From the IMG/VR virus record IMGVR_UViG_3300037280_000066, positions 1 through 54,060 of that record: a stretch of DNA of 54,060 bases. The stretch is one strand, 5' to 3'. Source of the stretch: a virus (Duplodnaviria > Heunggongvirae > Uroviricota > Caudoviricetes). The position numbers and the translations under genes are program-made. The notes beneath the pieces are model-generated. The model was given only the letters and a program-made list of their open reading frames with translations, searched no databases and was not told the origin of the DNA. Shown here one piece after another: positions 6,319 to 16,539 of this stretch; position 1 is the first letter of the stretch, and each line of letters opens with the position of its first letter.

Positions 6319-6897
6319 ATGAGTAGTGGATATTTAGCAATAAGCAATACAGATTTTAAGAATTCAGGTTGTGTAGCATGTGGTTGTGAGTACTGTTATG
6401 GTACTGGTATAAGTGGAGGTGGAAGTTTTCCTGCCATATGTGGTGAATGTAAGAGTAGGTTTGTAATACTAGCAGATGGCATGACACAATCAAGTATAGG
6501 ATTTGGTGATATATATCCTACACTTTCAGTTCATCCAAGATTAGGAATTCCTAAACATGCATTTGTAACACCTGATATAAGACCTGACAATGGCATTGGT
6601 GAATTTTGGAGGTCAAGAGGTGTTGGATATGGCAGATTTGGTGATGATTGTTCAGGATTTATCAAAAGTAAACAAGCAGGAGAAAGAATTGTGGCAATGT
6701 TTAAAGAAGTTGTAGGGGAAGATGCCAAAACTTATTTAGATTATAGACCAAATGAACCAACATGGATACAGTTAAAGGTTCAGGGAGTAGATGTTGATTT
6801 AAAGGAATTGAATAGATTAACTGCTGATGATGGAATTATTACCATTGATAGAGTTAAGAAAGCCTATGAAATGAAAATTTCAGGAGGTTGTGAATAA
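6319..6897 (+). CDS. Hypothetical protein with N-terminal zinc ribbon
   Basis: CVACGC...CGEC; GGGAGG RBS. Confidence 0.65.
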   Translation: MSSGYLAISNTDFKNSGCVACGCEYCYGTGISGGGSFPAICGECKSRFVILADGMTQSSIGFGDIYPTLSVHPRLGIPKHAFVTPDIRPDNGIGEFWRSRGVGYGRFGDDCSGFIKSKQAGERIVAMFKEVVGEDAKTYLDYRPNEPTWIQLKVQGVDVDLKELNRLTADDGIITIDRVKKAYEMKISGGCE

Positions 6898-7114
6898 AAG
6901 GAATGGCGAACTTGCATATGAAAAACAAGGTAAGAAGGTCACAAACAAGAGGTCACTACATAGGAATTTGTCACAAAAATGTTGGTAGCAGTGGACAGCA
7001 GGAACTTTTAACAAAATTGAAGGATGATGCTAAAGCGTATATCAAGTATTTAAAAGACAATAACGTAATTAAGTAGTCCCATGAAACTTATCTTTTATGA
7101 GAAAGGAGAACCCT

Positions 7115-7483
7115 ATGAAATGGATTAATATAAACAAGGAAATGCCCAATACTTACAATTTTGTCTTGATATTTAGTGAACATGGTAATATTGATATTGG
7201 TGCTTATGGTGAAGATGGATGGCAATATAGTAATGGACAGCCTATCTCAAAGGTAACACATTGGATGCCCCTACCAGAAAAACCAGTACAAAAAAAGGAT
7301 TTACTTGTATCAAAACATGAAGCTGTAATAATTGAAGTTGTTGATTCCTTTAAGAAGCTTTGTGACTTTGTAGAACAAAAAGAAGGTTTAGGATGTGGAA
7401 AATGTCCTATATATAACTGTTGTTTTCATGATGAAAAACACAAAGGTATTAAAGCATTAATGGAGGATATTAGCCATGGTTAG
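7115..7483 (+). CDS. DUF551-like phage protein
   Basis: MKWI..EMP ... VTHWMPLPEKP signature; RBS AAGGAG favours a start at 7115. Confidence 0.7.
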   Translation: MKWININKEMPNTYNFVLIFSEHGNIDIGAYGEDGWQYSNGQPISKVTHWMPLPEKPVQKKDLLVSKHEAVIIEVVDSFKKLCDFVEQKEGLGCGKCPIYNCCFHDEKHKGIKALMEDISHG

Positions 7484-8191
7484 TATAACATCCATTGGTA
7501 AACTCATAGAGGGTGCTTTAGAAGGTGATATTGATAAAGTAATAACATATGCTCAATTCATTATCACCAAACTAGAAGCACAGGGAGAATTTGATAAAGC
7601 AAAAATTATTAGAAGTAAATTAGATGGCAGTTATAAAACTCAATCTACTGTTACTCTAGATTAAGGAAGGAGAGGATTTTTTATGTATAGTAATTGCCTA
7701 TTAGAAGCCCTGAAAGAAAAAGTGAAACATCCATTTTCTATTGTTATTCGTAAACGTAGAGGAACAGGACACTTCTATTGGTATGATAAACATAAAAAAT
7801 CCTTCTTTCATTTTACTAATTTCTGTGGCACAGATTGCTACATATGGCATGAAGGAGAAATAAGAAAGATAGTTTGCTTAAAACAGGAGATGAAATTATG
7901 AAACAAGATAAAAAGGATATAACCAGAGAAGATATGGTTAAAATTATCAAAGAAAACAGCATAACAACAGTAACAGAGTTCCTTGAATATTGGGATTATG
8001 AAGAGTTTACTGATTTGGTTTATGCAAAAGAAAAGGATTTAGAAAATGGTATATTCAGGTTTAGATATAAAGATAGAGAAAATATGATAAAAAGATACAA
8101 GGAAGACCTATTTAAAGAAATGGTGGAAAAGGGATATCTCTTAAACAGAGAAAAATGTTTCCCTAAACAATGGTTCTAAGGAGGAATAAAA

Positions 8192-8743
8192 ATGAAAATG
8201 TTCAAGTTTGTAACGATAATTGCTTTAATATTAGGATTATTGGCAGGATGTTCTAAACCTCCAATGCCTATAACTCAAGGTGCTATGACACCTGTTACTT
8301 CCACTTCTACTATATCCCCTGATATTCAGGCATATTTAGATGATGTAGAATTTCAGACACATAGGCAGATAACTAGTGAACAGAAACAGTTAATGCTTGC
8401 GTGGATTGCTAAGACTCCTATCAAAAAACTAGATAAGGCAGTAACTAACCAACACAGACATGAATTTGATGGAGTTAAAAAGAGATTACTTTCAGAGTGG
8501 GAACAGCATACAGGGCAAAAATGGCCCAAGTATACAGAAAATGTTTACAATAAAAAAAGTGGCAATATAGATAGAAAAATTGGTAGTAATTATGATGCCC
8601 ATCATTTAGTAGAATTGAGTTATGGTGGTGCTAATGAATGGTGGAATATGCACCCTGCCAAGTTCCCTGACGAACATCAAGGAGGTATCCATAGAAAGGG
8701 TTCTCCTGCATCAATACTGTTTAGTGAGGATTTAGATAATTAA
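8192..8743 (+). CDS. Lipoprotein with HNH-type nuclease domain
   Basis: Signal peptide with lipobox LLAG-C; YDAHHLVELSYGG..EWWNMHP...EHQGGIH. Confidence 0.75.
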   Translation: MKMFKFVTIIALILGLLAGCSKPPMPITQGAMTPVTSTSTISPDIQAYLDDVEFQTHRQITSEQKQLMLAWIAKTPIKKLDKAVTNQHRHEFDGVKKRLLSEWEQHTGQKWPKYTENVYNKKSGNIDRKIGSNYDAHHLVELSYGGANEWWNMHPAKFPDEHQGGIHRKGSPASILFSEDLDN

Positions 8744-9017
8744 TTAAAAATAACTCTTTACAATTAATTCCGAGTATGATAAGATTAAAAGGTAGAAAGG
8801 AGTTAATTGAGATGCCAACATGGTTAACAGTTGTATTGATAGTATTATCATTATCTGTTTTTGGTGGTTACATAGCTTATAAGAGTGATGATAATACTGG
8901 ATATTTTGGAAATGTGTTTGGAGTTTTAGCGTTTGTATTGTTTGTGGCAATTGGAATTATTATATCAATAGTAATTGCTTTAACAAAATTCTTATTATAA
9001 TTAGGAGGTTGAGGAAC

Positions 9018-9476
9018 ATGAGTGGTTTTAATTTTGGAAAAGTATTTGGTTCAAATTCATCTAGTATAATTTCAAGCAGTAATGGTAATGTAGTGGTTAT
9101 AAATGGTGTAAGACATAATCTTCCAAGAGGTAATATTTCCATTAATGGAAGTAAAATTTATGTAGATGGAACTTTATGGGATGGTTCTGATGAACTCAAT
9201 GAAAATCTTAAACCTCTTGAAATCACTATTGAAGGAAACTGTGGAGATATAAAAAATATTAAAGGTAATGTTACTGTTAAAGGTGATGTTACAGGTGATA
9301 TAGAAGCAGGAGATTCTTTTACTGGTGGAAATATCACAGGAGATATTCAGGCAGGAGATTCAGTTAGATGTGGTAGTGTTGGTGGCAATGTTCAAGCAGG
9401 AGATTCAGTTAGATGTGGAGATGTAAAAGGTAAGGTTAATGCAGGAGATTCAGTACATTGTTCAAGTAGAGGATAG
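9018..9476 (+). CDS. Beta-helix/bactofilin-like repeat protein
   Basis: Repeats of G(D/N)(I/V)xAGDSVxCG. Confidence 0.6.
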   Translation: MSGFNFGKVFGSNSSSIISSSNGNVVVINGVRHNLPRGNISINGSKIYVDGTLWDGSDELNENLKPLEITIEGNCGDIKNIKGNVTVKGDVTGDIEAGDSFTGGNITGDIQAGDSVRCGSVGGNVQAGDSVRCGDVKGKVNAGDSVHCSSRG

Positions 9477-9486
9477 GAGGTTTATT

Positions 9487-10023
9487 ATGATTGATTCTAA
9501 AGGTATTGAGCTAGATAAAAAGCATATTTACAAGTTGATAAGAAACTTTGAATATGAAGCAGGAGAAGATTTTGTAGACCAGAATGAGTCCATAGTTAAT
9601 GAAAGATGTATGTTGTTCTGGATGTTAGGTAAAGGCTACATAAGTGGAGAACAAATCAGTATGTATGCAAAAGATTCTAGAAAATTGATTGATTTGAATG
9701 ATATTTTAAGTGCCTATGAAGTGCCATTTGCTTTACTTCCTATGGGAAGTCAAGAAGAGGATGCTCATTCTAAATCAATGGAAGTTTTGGCAGAACTCAT
9801 TTCAGAAGTTCCTCATTATCAAGAAAGATTATTGAAAATTGTTAATAAACATGAGGAATTTACTTCTTATGAGAAATACGATGAAAAATTTGAAAAAGAA
9901 TACAACATATCAATGGCAACAAGCCTGAAAGATTTGCAAGTGAAATATGCATATATTGAAGAAGTAGAAGAGTTAGAACCAAAACAGCCAGAATCAAAAC
10001 AGGAGGATTCCGATAATGGATGA
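9487..10023 (+). CDS. Hypothetical protein
   Basis: AGGAGG RBS favours a start at 9487. Confidence 0.6.
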   Translation: MIDSKGIELDKKHIYKLIRNFEYEAGEDFVDQNESIVNERCMLFWMLGKGYISGEQISMYAKDSRKLIDLNDILSAYEVPFALLPMGSQEEDAHSKSMEVLAELISEVPHYQERLLKIVNKHEEFTSYEKYDEKFEKEYNISMATSLKDLQVKYAYIEEVEELEPKQPESKQEDSDNG

Positions 10024-10279
10024 TTTAAAAGCTAAACTGGAAAAACTCAGAAAACAAAAAATCATTCTTGAAACTATGATAAAGAGAACCATGGATTCCT
10101 GCAAACATGAAGACATTGAAGAAAGTGGTTATGGTTCAGCAATATGTAAAACCTGTGGTAAACGTTTTAGTTGGTATTGTCCAACATCACCGACTTTAGA
10201 ATGTGATTATGAACATGAAGATGGGCATTATAACGAGGATGATTGTAGGTATTGTGGAGAGCCAGAAGAAAGAAAATAA
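10016..10279 (+). CDS. Cys-rich hypothetical protein
   Basis: AGGAGG RBS; CKTC and CRYC pairs. Confidence 0.6.
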   Translation: MDDLKAKLEKLRKQKIILETMIKRTMDSCKHEDIEESGYGSAICKTCGKRFSWYCPTSPTLECDYEHEDGHYNEDDCRYCGEPEERK

Positions 10280-10287
10280 AAAAAGTA

Positions 10288-10316
10288 TTGACAGTATAAA
10301 TGTAAGGTGCTATACT
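10288..10316 (+). promoter_or_regulatory. SigA-type promoter, extended -10
   Basis: TTGACA-N17-TATACT with TG motif. Confidence 0.8.
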
Positions 10317-10652
10317 AAGAGAGTAGTCAAAATAATCTTTTAGGAGGAAAGGAAACTATGTCTGAACAAAAAAGGTCTAAGATTACCCTTGAAAATATGC
10401 CAGAAAATATGTCAGGTAGAGAATGTATTTATCATGCAATAGGCTATTATAAAACAACACATCCAAAACTTTATAGGTCGCAAGAAGAGTGTTTGGCAAA
10501 AGTAATAGGTTGTTTAAGGGTAAATGGTCAAGATAGTGAAAGCAATATAGATTTGGCAGAAAAAGAAGTAAAAGAAAGACTTGATTGTTAGTATAGTAGT
10601 TTGCAAGTGAAAGGTTACATAAAACTATAAATTATTCTAGGAGGAAAAGAAA

Positions 10653-11123
10653 ATGAGTAAAAATGTAAAGTTTGGATTAATGATTGGTGCTTTAGGTTTA
10701 ATGTTGCTATTTGTTAGTTTGTTTGCATCATGTGGTTATACTACATATCATGCTCAACAGCCAGTTATAGTACAGCCAGTTCAACCTGCTGTAGGATATG
10801 GTGTTGGTGTGATACATCAGCCATCAACAATCATAATTCCATCAACTCAACAGCGTTCATCAACACAAACAACAACTACAACTACAACACAGACTGTGCC
10901 TAAAACTGGTACTGTTGTATCAAATACACCTGTACCTAAAACAAACAGTCCTGTAGTAGCTAACCCACCAGTAGCCAAAGCTCCTGTGGCAAATGCACCA
11001 GTTGTAAAAGCTCCAGTAGCTAACGCTCCTGTAGTGAAAGCCCCTGTATCTAATGCACCTGTATCAAAAGCACCAGTTGCAAAAGCTCCTGTAGCGAAAG
11101 CTCCAATAAATCTTAAAAAATAA
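10653..11123 (+). CDS. Low-complexity lipoprotein with Thr run and VxxAP repeats
   Basis: Lipobox LFAS-C; about 10 tandem V(A/V/S)(K/N)AP pentapeptides. Confidence 0.7.
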   Translation: MSKNVKFGLMIGALGLMLLFVSLFASCGYTTYHAQQPVIVQPVQPAVGYGVGVIHQPSTIIIPSTQQRSSTQTTTTTTTQTVPKTGTVVSNTPVPKTNSPVVANPPVAKAPVANAPVVKAPVANAPVVKAPVSNAPVSKAPVAKAPVAKAPINLKK

Positions 11124-11162
11124 GATAAACTAAACTAAAATAAAAAGTGGAGGTAATGAGAG

Positions 11163-11537
11163 ATGGCAAAATTGTTAGCGTTTGATTGTGTAGAATGTGG
11201 TGAGGAAAATCCAGAAGGTAATACTGAATGTTGGTCATGCCATGGTTTAAGACCTGTTTATTGCAAAGGTTGTGGAAGCCCAAATTCAACAGGAAATGAT
11301 GAATGTTGGAAATGTCATACAGCTATTGAAAAAGTAGCTCCTGTAGAGGAAGAAATTGTTACAACAACTACCACTACAACAACTACAACCTATGAAGAAG
11401 AAATACTTGTTCCAGTAGCTCCAATAATTGTAGGACATGGACACCTTGGGTATCATGGTTATGGACATAGCGTAGTTGGTGTTGATACAGATGGTGATGG
11501 TTACACAGATACTAGTCTTATCATCCATCATGACTAA
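11163..11537 (+). CDS. Double zinc-ribbon protein with Thr/Gly/His-rich tail
   Basis: Two CxxC-x-CWxC units. Confidence 0.65.
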   Translation: MAKLLAFDCVECGEENPEGNTECWSCHGLRPVYCKGCGSPNSTGNDECWKCHTAIEKVAPVEEEIVTTTTTTTTTTYEEEILVPVAPIIVGHGHLGYHGYGHSVVGVDTDGDGYTDTSLIIHHD

Positions 11538-11551
11538 TAAACAATAATATA

Positions 11552-11586
11552 AAGAAAACTGCCCTTAAATGGGCTTTTCTTATTTT
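11552..11586 (+). terminator. Rho-independent terminator
   Basis: GCCC-TTAAAT-GGGC with flanking A- and T-runs. Confidence 0.65.
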
Positions 11587-11600
11587 AAGGAGGTAGAATT

Positions 11601-12080
11601 ATGGGAGTTATTGTTGAACAGGAAGTGCATAATTGTGATGTATGCCCATTTGGTTTATCAGAAAGAGTTTATACATCTGATTCTTGGGATAATGTAAGAA
11701 AAATTAATTGTTCTAAATTAAAAAGAGAAGTTCATTCTTATTTAGATTGGAATGATAAAGCAGATGTTCCTAATGATTGTCCTTTCAAAGTGAAAGAAGA
11801 AATTCAAGAGAAACCAATAAAAAAAGCTATGCCAGTACATTGCAAAACATCAATACATAACTTTATGAAAAGCAGAAAAAGTTATGATATGGCTGATTTG
11901 ATAGTTATTAAAATATCATCTGGTGGATATTATGTTCATAAAAATAGAGAAGGTGACACCAGTATGATTATTGATGAAGTAACATTTGTCAAGTTACTAA
12001 AAGATTCAATCATACCTATAGTCTTAAGCGATAAATTCATTGATTTGAAGTATGAACTAAAAAAATTAACAGGAGGTTGA
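11601..12080 (+). CDS. Hypothetical protein
   Basis: AAGGAGG RBS; CxxC motif. Confidence 0.6.
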   Translation: MGVIVEQEVHNCDVCPFGLSERVYTSDSWDNVRKINCSKLKREVHSYLDWNDKADVPNDCPFKVKEEIQEKPIKKAMPVHCKTSIHNFMKSRKSYDMADLIVIKISSGGYYVHKNREGDTSMIIDEVTFVKLLKDSIIPIVLSDKFIDLKYELKKLTGG

Positions 12081-12084
12081 TATT

Positions 12085-12849
12085 ATGAAATTTGATTTTC
12101 CAGATGATGTAAAATGGTTAGACCATAGAACTATTTTATTAGCAGTAACAGGAAGCACAGCCTATGGTACAAATACACCAACATCTGATAAGGATTATAA
12201 AGGGGTTTGTATTCCACCAGAAGATTACTATTATGGCTTACATACATTTAATGATTACAACACAACAGGCAGTAAAAATTGGAAGAATACGAAAGATGAT
12301 GTTGATGTTTCTATCATGCATGTTAATAAATTTGTAATGGATTGCATGGCAGGAGTTCCAAACAACATTGAAATCTTATTCACTAATCCTGAACATATTT
12401 TAAAATGTAACTATTTTGGTAAAATCTTAATCAAAAATAGGAGAGATTTTTTATCAAAAGCATTAAAGAAAAAGTTTGGTGGATATGCTAATGGTCAAGT
12501 TGCTTTATTAAAAACCAAAAAAAGCAATGGTACAGGCAGAGTTGACCTTATTGAGAAATATGGTTATGATACAAAATTTGGTAGCCATGCAGTAAGACTT
12601 TTGACTTCTGCAATTGATATATTAGAGACAGGTAATTTTACTACTTACAGACCTAATAGACAAGAGCTTTTAAATATTCGCAATGGTAAATTTACCTTAG
12701 ATGAATTACTCTTGTATATTGAGAAGCTAGATAGGGAAATGCAAGAAGCTTGTGAAAAATGCAAGGTACTACCTGAACTTCCAGACTATGATAAGATTAA
12801 TAAATGGTTGATTGAATTAAATAAAGAAGCTATGGAAAAAATGTGGTAA
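12085..12849 (+). CDS. Pol-beta-family nucleotidyltransferase (RlaP/YcgL-like)
   Basis: GSTAYGTNTPTSDKDYKG; PNNIEIL; YDTK..HAVRLL; LLNIRNG. Confidence 0.85.
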   Translation: MKFDFPDDVKWLDHRTILLAVTGSTAYGTNTPTSDKDYKGVCIPPEDYYYGLHTFNDYNTTGSKNWKNTKDDVDVSIMHVNKFVMDCMAGVPNNIEILFTNPEHILKCNYFGKILIKNRRDFLSKALKKKFGGYANGQVALLKTKKSNGTGRVDLIEKYGYDTKFGSHAVRLLTSAIDILETGNFTTYRPNRQELLNIRNGKFTLDELLLYIEKLDREMQEACEKCKVLPELPDYDKINKWLIELNKEAMEKMW

Positions 12850-12912
12850 AATGTATTGACTATATCATTTCTTTATGTTATGATATAGTCATACTAATTT
12901 AGGAGGTAGATT

Positions 12913-14313
12913 ATGAATTTTGAAACTAAAAGTATAGATATTAAAATACCAACACCTGTAAGTTATGTGCTAAATGTACTATTTAATAATAATCATAAAG
13001 CATATGTTGTAGGTGGATGTGTCAGAGATAGTATATTAAGAAAGAGTCCTAAAGATTGGGATGTTTGTACATCTGCAACACCAGAAGAAGTTATTGCTAT
13101 GTTCAGGTCTAAAGACTATGCTGTTATTGAAACTGGTCTTAAACATGGTACAGTTACAGCTATGGTTGGTGATATGCCTATAGAAATAACTACTTTTAGA
13201 GTTGATGGTGAATATTCAAATGGTAGATGCCCTGATGATGTAAAATTTGTATCAGACCTTAAGGAAGATTTGAGCAGGAGAGATTTTACAATTAACGCTA
13301 TGGCATATAACTACGCAGAAGGATTAATTGATTTGTTTGATGGTGTTAGTGACTTAGGACAAGGTATTATTCGTTGTGTAGGAAATGCAAATGAACGCTT
13401 TCAGGAAGATGGTTTAAGAATGCTTAGAGCTATACGTTTTTCTGCTAGATTTGGATTTAAGATAGAAGATAACACTTACACAGCAATACAATACAATAAT
13501 GAATTGATTAACAAATGTAGTGCTGAAAGAATTAGGGATGAACTTAGCCAGATTATTATATGTTCTCCTAGTGGACTAAAACAAATGTTTGTAACAGGAT
13601 TATTACAACATATACTGCCAGAACTTGTTAAGACAATGCCCTGCAAACAAAACAATGAATATCATAAATATACTGTAGGAAACCATATTCTTAAGACTAT
13701 GGAATGCATTGATAATGATTTAGCTCTTAGATTAACTATGATGCTTCATGACATTGCTAAACCACCATGTAAGACAAAAGATATACATGGTGTTGACCAT
13801 TTCTATGGTCATAATCAAATGGGAGCAGATATGGCAGTAGAAATTCTAGGTAGATTAAGATATGAAAATCTTATCATTATGAAAGTTAGAGATTTAATAC
13901 TATATCATGATGCAGAGATTCATGACAACATAAAGTCTGTAAGAAGATGGTTAAACAGAATAGGTGAAGAGCGTTTTAGAGAGTTGATTAAGGTTAAGGT
14001 TGCAGATATTTTTGGTCAAAATGAAGACTTCTTCTTTGAAAGAATGAATAAGTTTTTAGAAATTGGTGTATTGATTGATGAAGTTATTGAAAAGAATCAA
14101 TGTTTTAGTAAGAGAGACTTGGCTATCAATGGTAGAGACTTGATGGATGCAGGATATCCACAGGGAAAAATGATTGGTTTTATAATTGATGCTTTGGTTG
14201 ATAAAGTAATTGAAAATCCAGAGTATAATACAAAAGAAAAACTCTTGGAGATTGTGCCAACTATAAGAGGATTTCGTAGATTAACTGGTGTTATAGAGGA
14301 AGGAATGAAATAA
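12913..14313 (+). CDS. cca: tRNA nucleotidyltransferase (CCA-adding class II) with HD domain
   Basis: VGGCVRD, DWD, EITTFR, RRDFTINAMA, EDGLRMLRAIRF, LHDIAK. Confidence 0.9.
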   Translation: MNFETKSIDIKIPTPVSYVLNVLFNNNHKAYVVGGCVRDSILRKSPKDWDVCTSATPEEVIAMFRSKDYAVIETGLKHGTVTAMVGDMPIEITTFRVDGEYSNGRCPDDVKFVSDLKEDLSRRDFTINAMAYNYAEGLIDLFDGVSDLGQGIIRCVGNANERFQEDGLRMLRAIRFSARFGFKIEDNTYTAIQYNNELINKCSAERIRDELSQIIICSPSGLKQMFVTGLLQHILPELVKTMPCKQNNEYHKYTVGNHILKTMECIDNDLALRLTMMLHDIAKPPCKTKDIHGVDHFYGHNQMGADMAVEILGRLRYENLIIMKVRDLILYHDAEIHDNIKSVRRWLNRIGEERFRELIKVKVADIFGQNEDFFFERMNKFLEIGVLIDEVIEKNQCFSKRDLAINGRDLMDAGYPQGKMIGFIIDALVDKVIENPEYNTKEKLLEIVPTIRGFRRLTGVIEEGMK

Positions 14314-14314
14314 G

Positions 14315-14992
14315 ATGATTTATATTACAGGGGATACCCACATTCCTATTGATATCCATAAACTTAGCATGAAGGAATTTCCAGAACAAAAGGAAATGAC
14401 AAAGAATGATTATGTTATAATTTGTGGTGATTGTGGAATTTGTTGGAATAATTCAGAAGAAGAGATGTTTTGGAGAAAATGGTTAAATGAAAGAAATTTT
14501 ACCACATTATTTGTAGATGGAAATCATGAAAATTTTTCTATGTTAAATGCTTATCATGTAGAACAATGGCAGGGTGGTAATGTACATATGATTGGTGAAT
14601 CAATTATTCATCTCATGAGAGGACAAGTATTTAATATTGATGGATTAAAGTTCTTTACTATGGGTGGTGCTTCTTCTGTTGATAAGCAATTCAGGAAGGT
14701 CAATGTATCTTGGTGGGCAGAAGAAGAACCTTCTAAACAAGAGCTACAGACAGCTTTAGATAACTTAGAGAAACATAATTGGGAAGTAGACTATGTTATT
14801 ACACATACTTGTTCCAGAGAAATGATGTTGGCATTATGTTATGTAAAGGAAGATAATTGCTTAAATGGTTTTTTCAGCAATATGATTGAGCCAGACCTGA
14901 AATATAAGCATTGGTATTTTGGACATTTTCATTGGGATAAACAATTGGATGAAAAACATACATTGCTTTATAATACGGTTGTAAAACTATAA
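14315..14992 (+). CDS. Calcineurin-like metallophosphoesterase
   Basis: GDTH, GD, GNHE, THT, GHFH. Confidence 0.9.
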   Translation: MIYITGDTHIPIDIHKLSMKEFPEQKEMTKNDYVIICGDCGICWNNSEEEMFWRKWLNERNFTTLFVDGNHENFSMLNAYHVEQWQGGNVHMIGESIIHLMRGQVFNIDGLKFFTMGGASSVDKQFRKVNVSWWAEEEPSKQELQTALDNLEKHNWEVDYVITHTCSREMMLALCYVKEDNCLNGFFSNMIEPDLKYKHWYFGHFHWDKQLDEKHTLLYNTVVKL

Positions 14993-15055
14993 AAGACTAC
15001 TAATAATAGTCTTTTTCTTTTTTGTATTGACAAATGTTTAAGTAGGAAGTATAAT
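14991..15055 (+). promoter_or_regulatory. Terminator hairpin followed by a SigA-type promoter
   Basis: AAAAGACTA/TAGTCTTTT plus T-run, then TTGACA(15027)-N17-TATAAT. Confidence 0.75.
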
Positions 15056-15089
15056 TAAAGAGTGATATAATAAAAATAGGAGGTTAAGC

Positions 15090-16043
15090 ATGAGAATAAA
15101 ACTATTTACCCACACTGATTTAGATGGTATTGGCTGTGCAGTCTTAGCAAAATATGTGTTTGGTGCTGAGAATGTTGATGTTGTGTACTGTAATTATGAT
15201 GATGTGAATGAAAAGGTAACATCTTTCCTTGAAGCAAAAGAATTCAAGAATATTGGTGATTATGAAAAGATTTTCATCACAGATATTTCAGTAAATGACA
15301 CAGTTGCTAAGTACATTGATGCAACTTATGAAGTATGTGGTTCTGATTTCATACAGTTATTAGACCATCATAAAACAGCAGAGTTACTTAATCAATATGT
15401 ATGGGCAGATGTAAGGGAATATGCAGGAATCAATAAGAAGAACTGTGGAACATTTGCATTTTATGAATACCTGACAAAGAATGACTGTTTTGAATGTTGG
15501 GATTTACATATGGAGAATGCAGAAGAATTTGCAGAAATTGTAAGACAATATGATACATGGGAATGGAAGACTGTCTTCAATAATGAAATACCAAAAAAAT
15601 ATGAAGGATTGCTTCGTATTATTGGAAGAGATGAATTTGTAGACACAATGGTAGAGAGACTTACTAATTTTGAAACTCCTTTGGTTCTTACAGCTTTTGA
15701 TGAAAAACTTTTGTATTACAGACAAAAAGAAATTGATGTTCATATTTGGTCAAAAAAGAAACATATGATAAGAAAACAGTTTAAAGGTTATGATGTAGGT
15801 ATTGTATTTTCAGATAGATATACTTCTGAAATTGGAGATGTTATTCTTTCATCAATGCCAGAACTTGACATAATCATGATTATCAATCCTTCATATGCAG
15901 TAAGTTATAGAACAGCAAGAGAAGGTATTGATGTAAGTGCTATAGCTAAAGAACTTGGTGGTGGTGGTCATGCTAAAGCTAGTGCTTCACCAGTTACAGA
16001 GGATATGAAGTTGGAAATAATTAAACTACTTTTAGGAGTATAA
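15090..16043 (+). CDS. DHH/DHHA1 phosphoesterase (nano-RNase NrnB-like)
   Basis: HTDLDG, ITD, LDHH, GGGGHAKAS. Confidence 0.9.
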   Translation: MRIKLFTHTDLDGIGCAVLAKYVFGAENVDVVYCNYDDVNEKVTSFLEAKEFKNIGDYEKIFITDISVNDTVAKYIDATYEVCGSDFIQLLDHHKTAELLNQYVWADVREYAGINKKNCGTFAFYEYLTKNDCFECWDLHMENAEEFAEIVRQYDTWEWKTVFNNEIPKKYEGLLRIIGRDEFVDTMVERLTNFETPLVLTAFDEKLLYYRQKEIDVHIWSKKKHMIRKQFKGYDVGIVFSDRYTSEIGDVILSSMPELDIIMIINPSYAVSYRTAREGIDVSAIAKELGGGGHAKASASPVTEDMKLEIIKLLLGV

Positions 16044-16053
16044 GGAGAATAAT

Positions 16054-16350
16054 ATGATTGATGAAAGAGATGCAGAAGTAATAGTAAAAAGAGAGCCACA
16101 ACCAACTACAAGAACAGCAAAACTCTTAACAGTAATAGATGGTGTTGAAACTTTAGAAGATATTGCTGTGACTGATTTAAAAGCAGGAATGACTTTTAAA
16201 TTGTATGAGGAAGATGGCACTCCTATAATGGGATTGTATTGTGATTTATTCCTAGCAACAACTGATGTAGGTTACAATGATGATGGTATCTTACAAATGA
16301 ATATAGAAATGTTAGGAGAACCAAAAAATCTAGAAGAAAAGGAGGACTAA
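16054..16350 (+). CDS. Hypothetical protein
   Basis: AAGGAG RBS. Confidence 0.55.
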   Translation: MIDERDAEVIVKREPQPTTRTAKLLTVIDGVETLEDIAVTDLKAGMTFKLYEEDGTPIMGLYCDLFLATTDVGYNDDGILQMNIEMLGEPKNLEEKED

Positions 16351-16539
16351 TCAATGTTAAGTGGAATATTTGGTGGTTTAATACTTGCGTGGATTTTATC
16401 ATGGTTTGGTGTAGATTACATGGCTTTAGAATTTATTGATGAAATGTGTGGCACAGATGCACAGCCTGTAATTTTCTACATAATATTTGCAGTTATTGGA
16501 TGCTTGGTAGGTCTAGGTGTACGTTAAAACATAGGAGGA

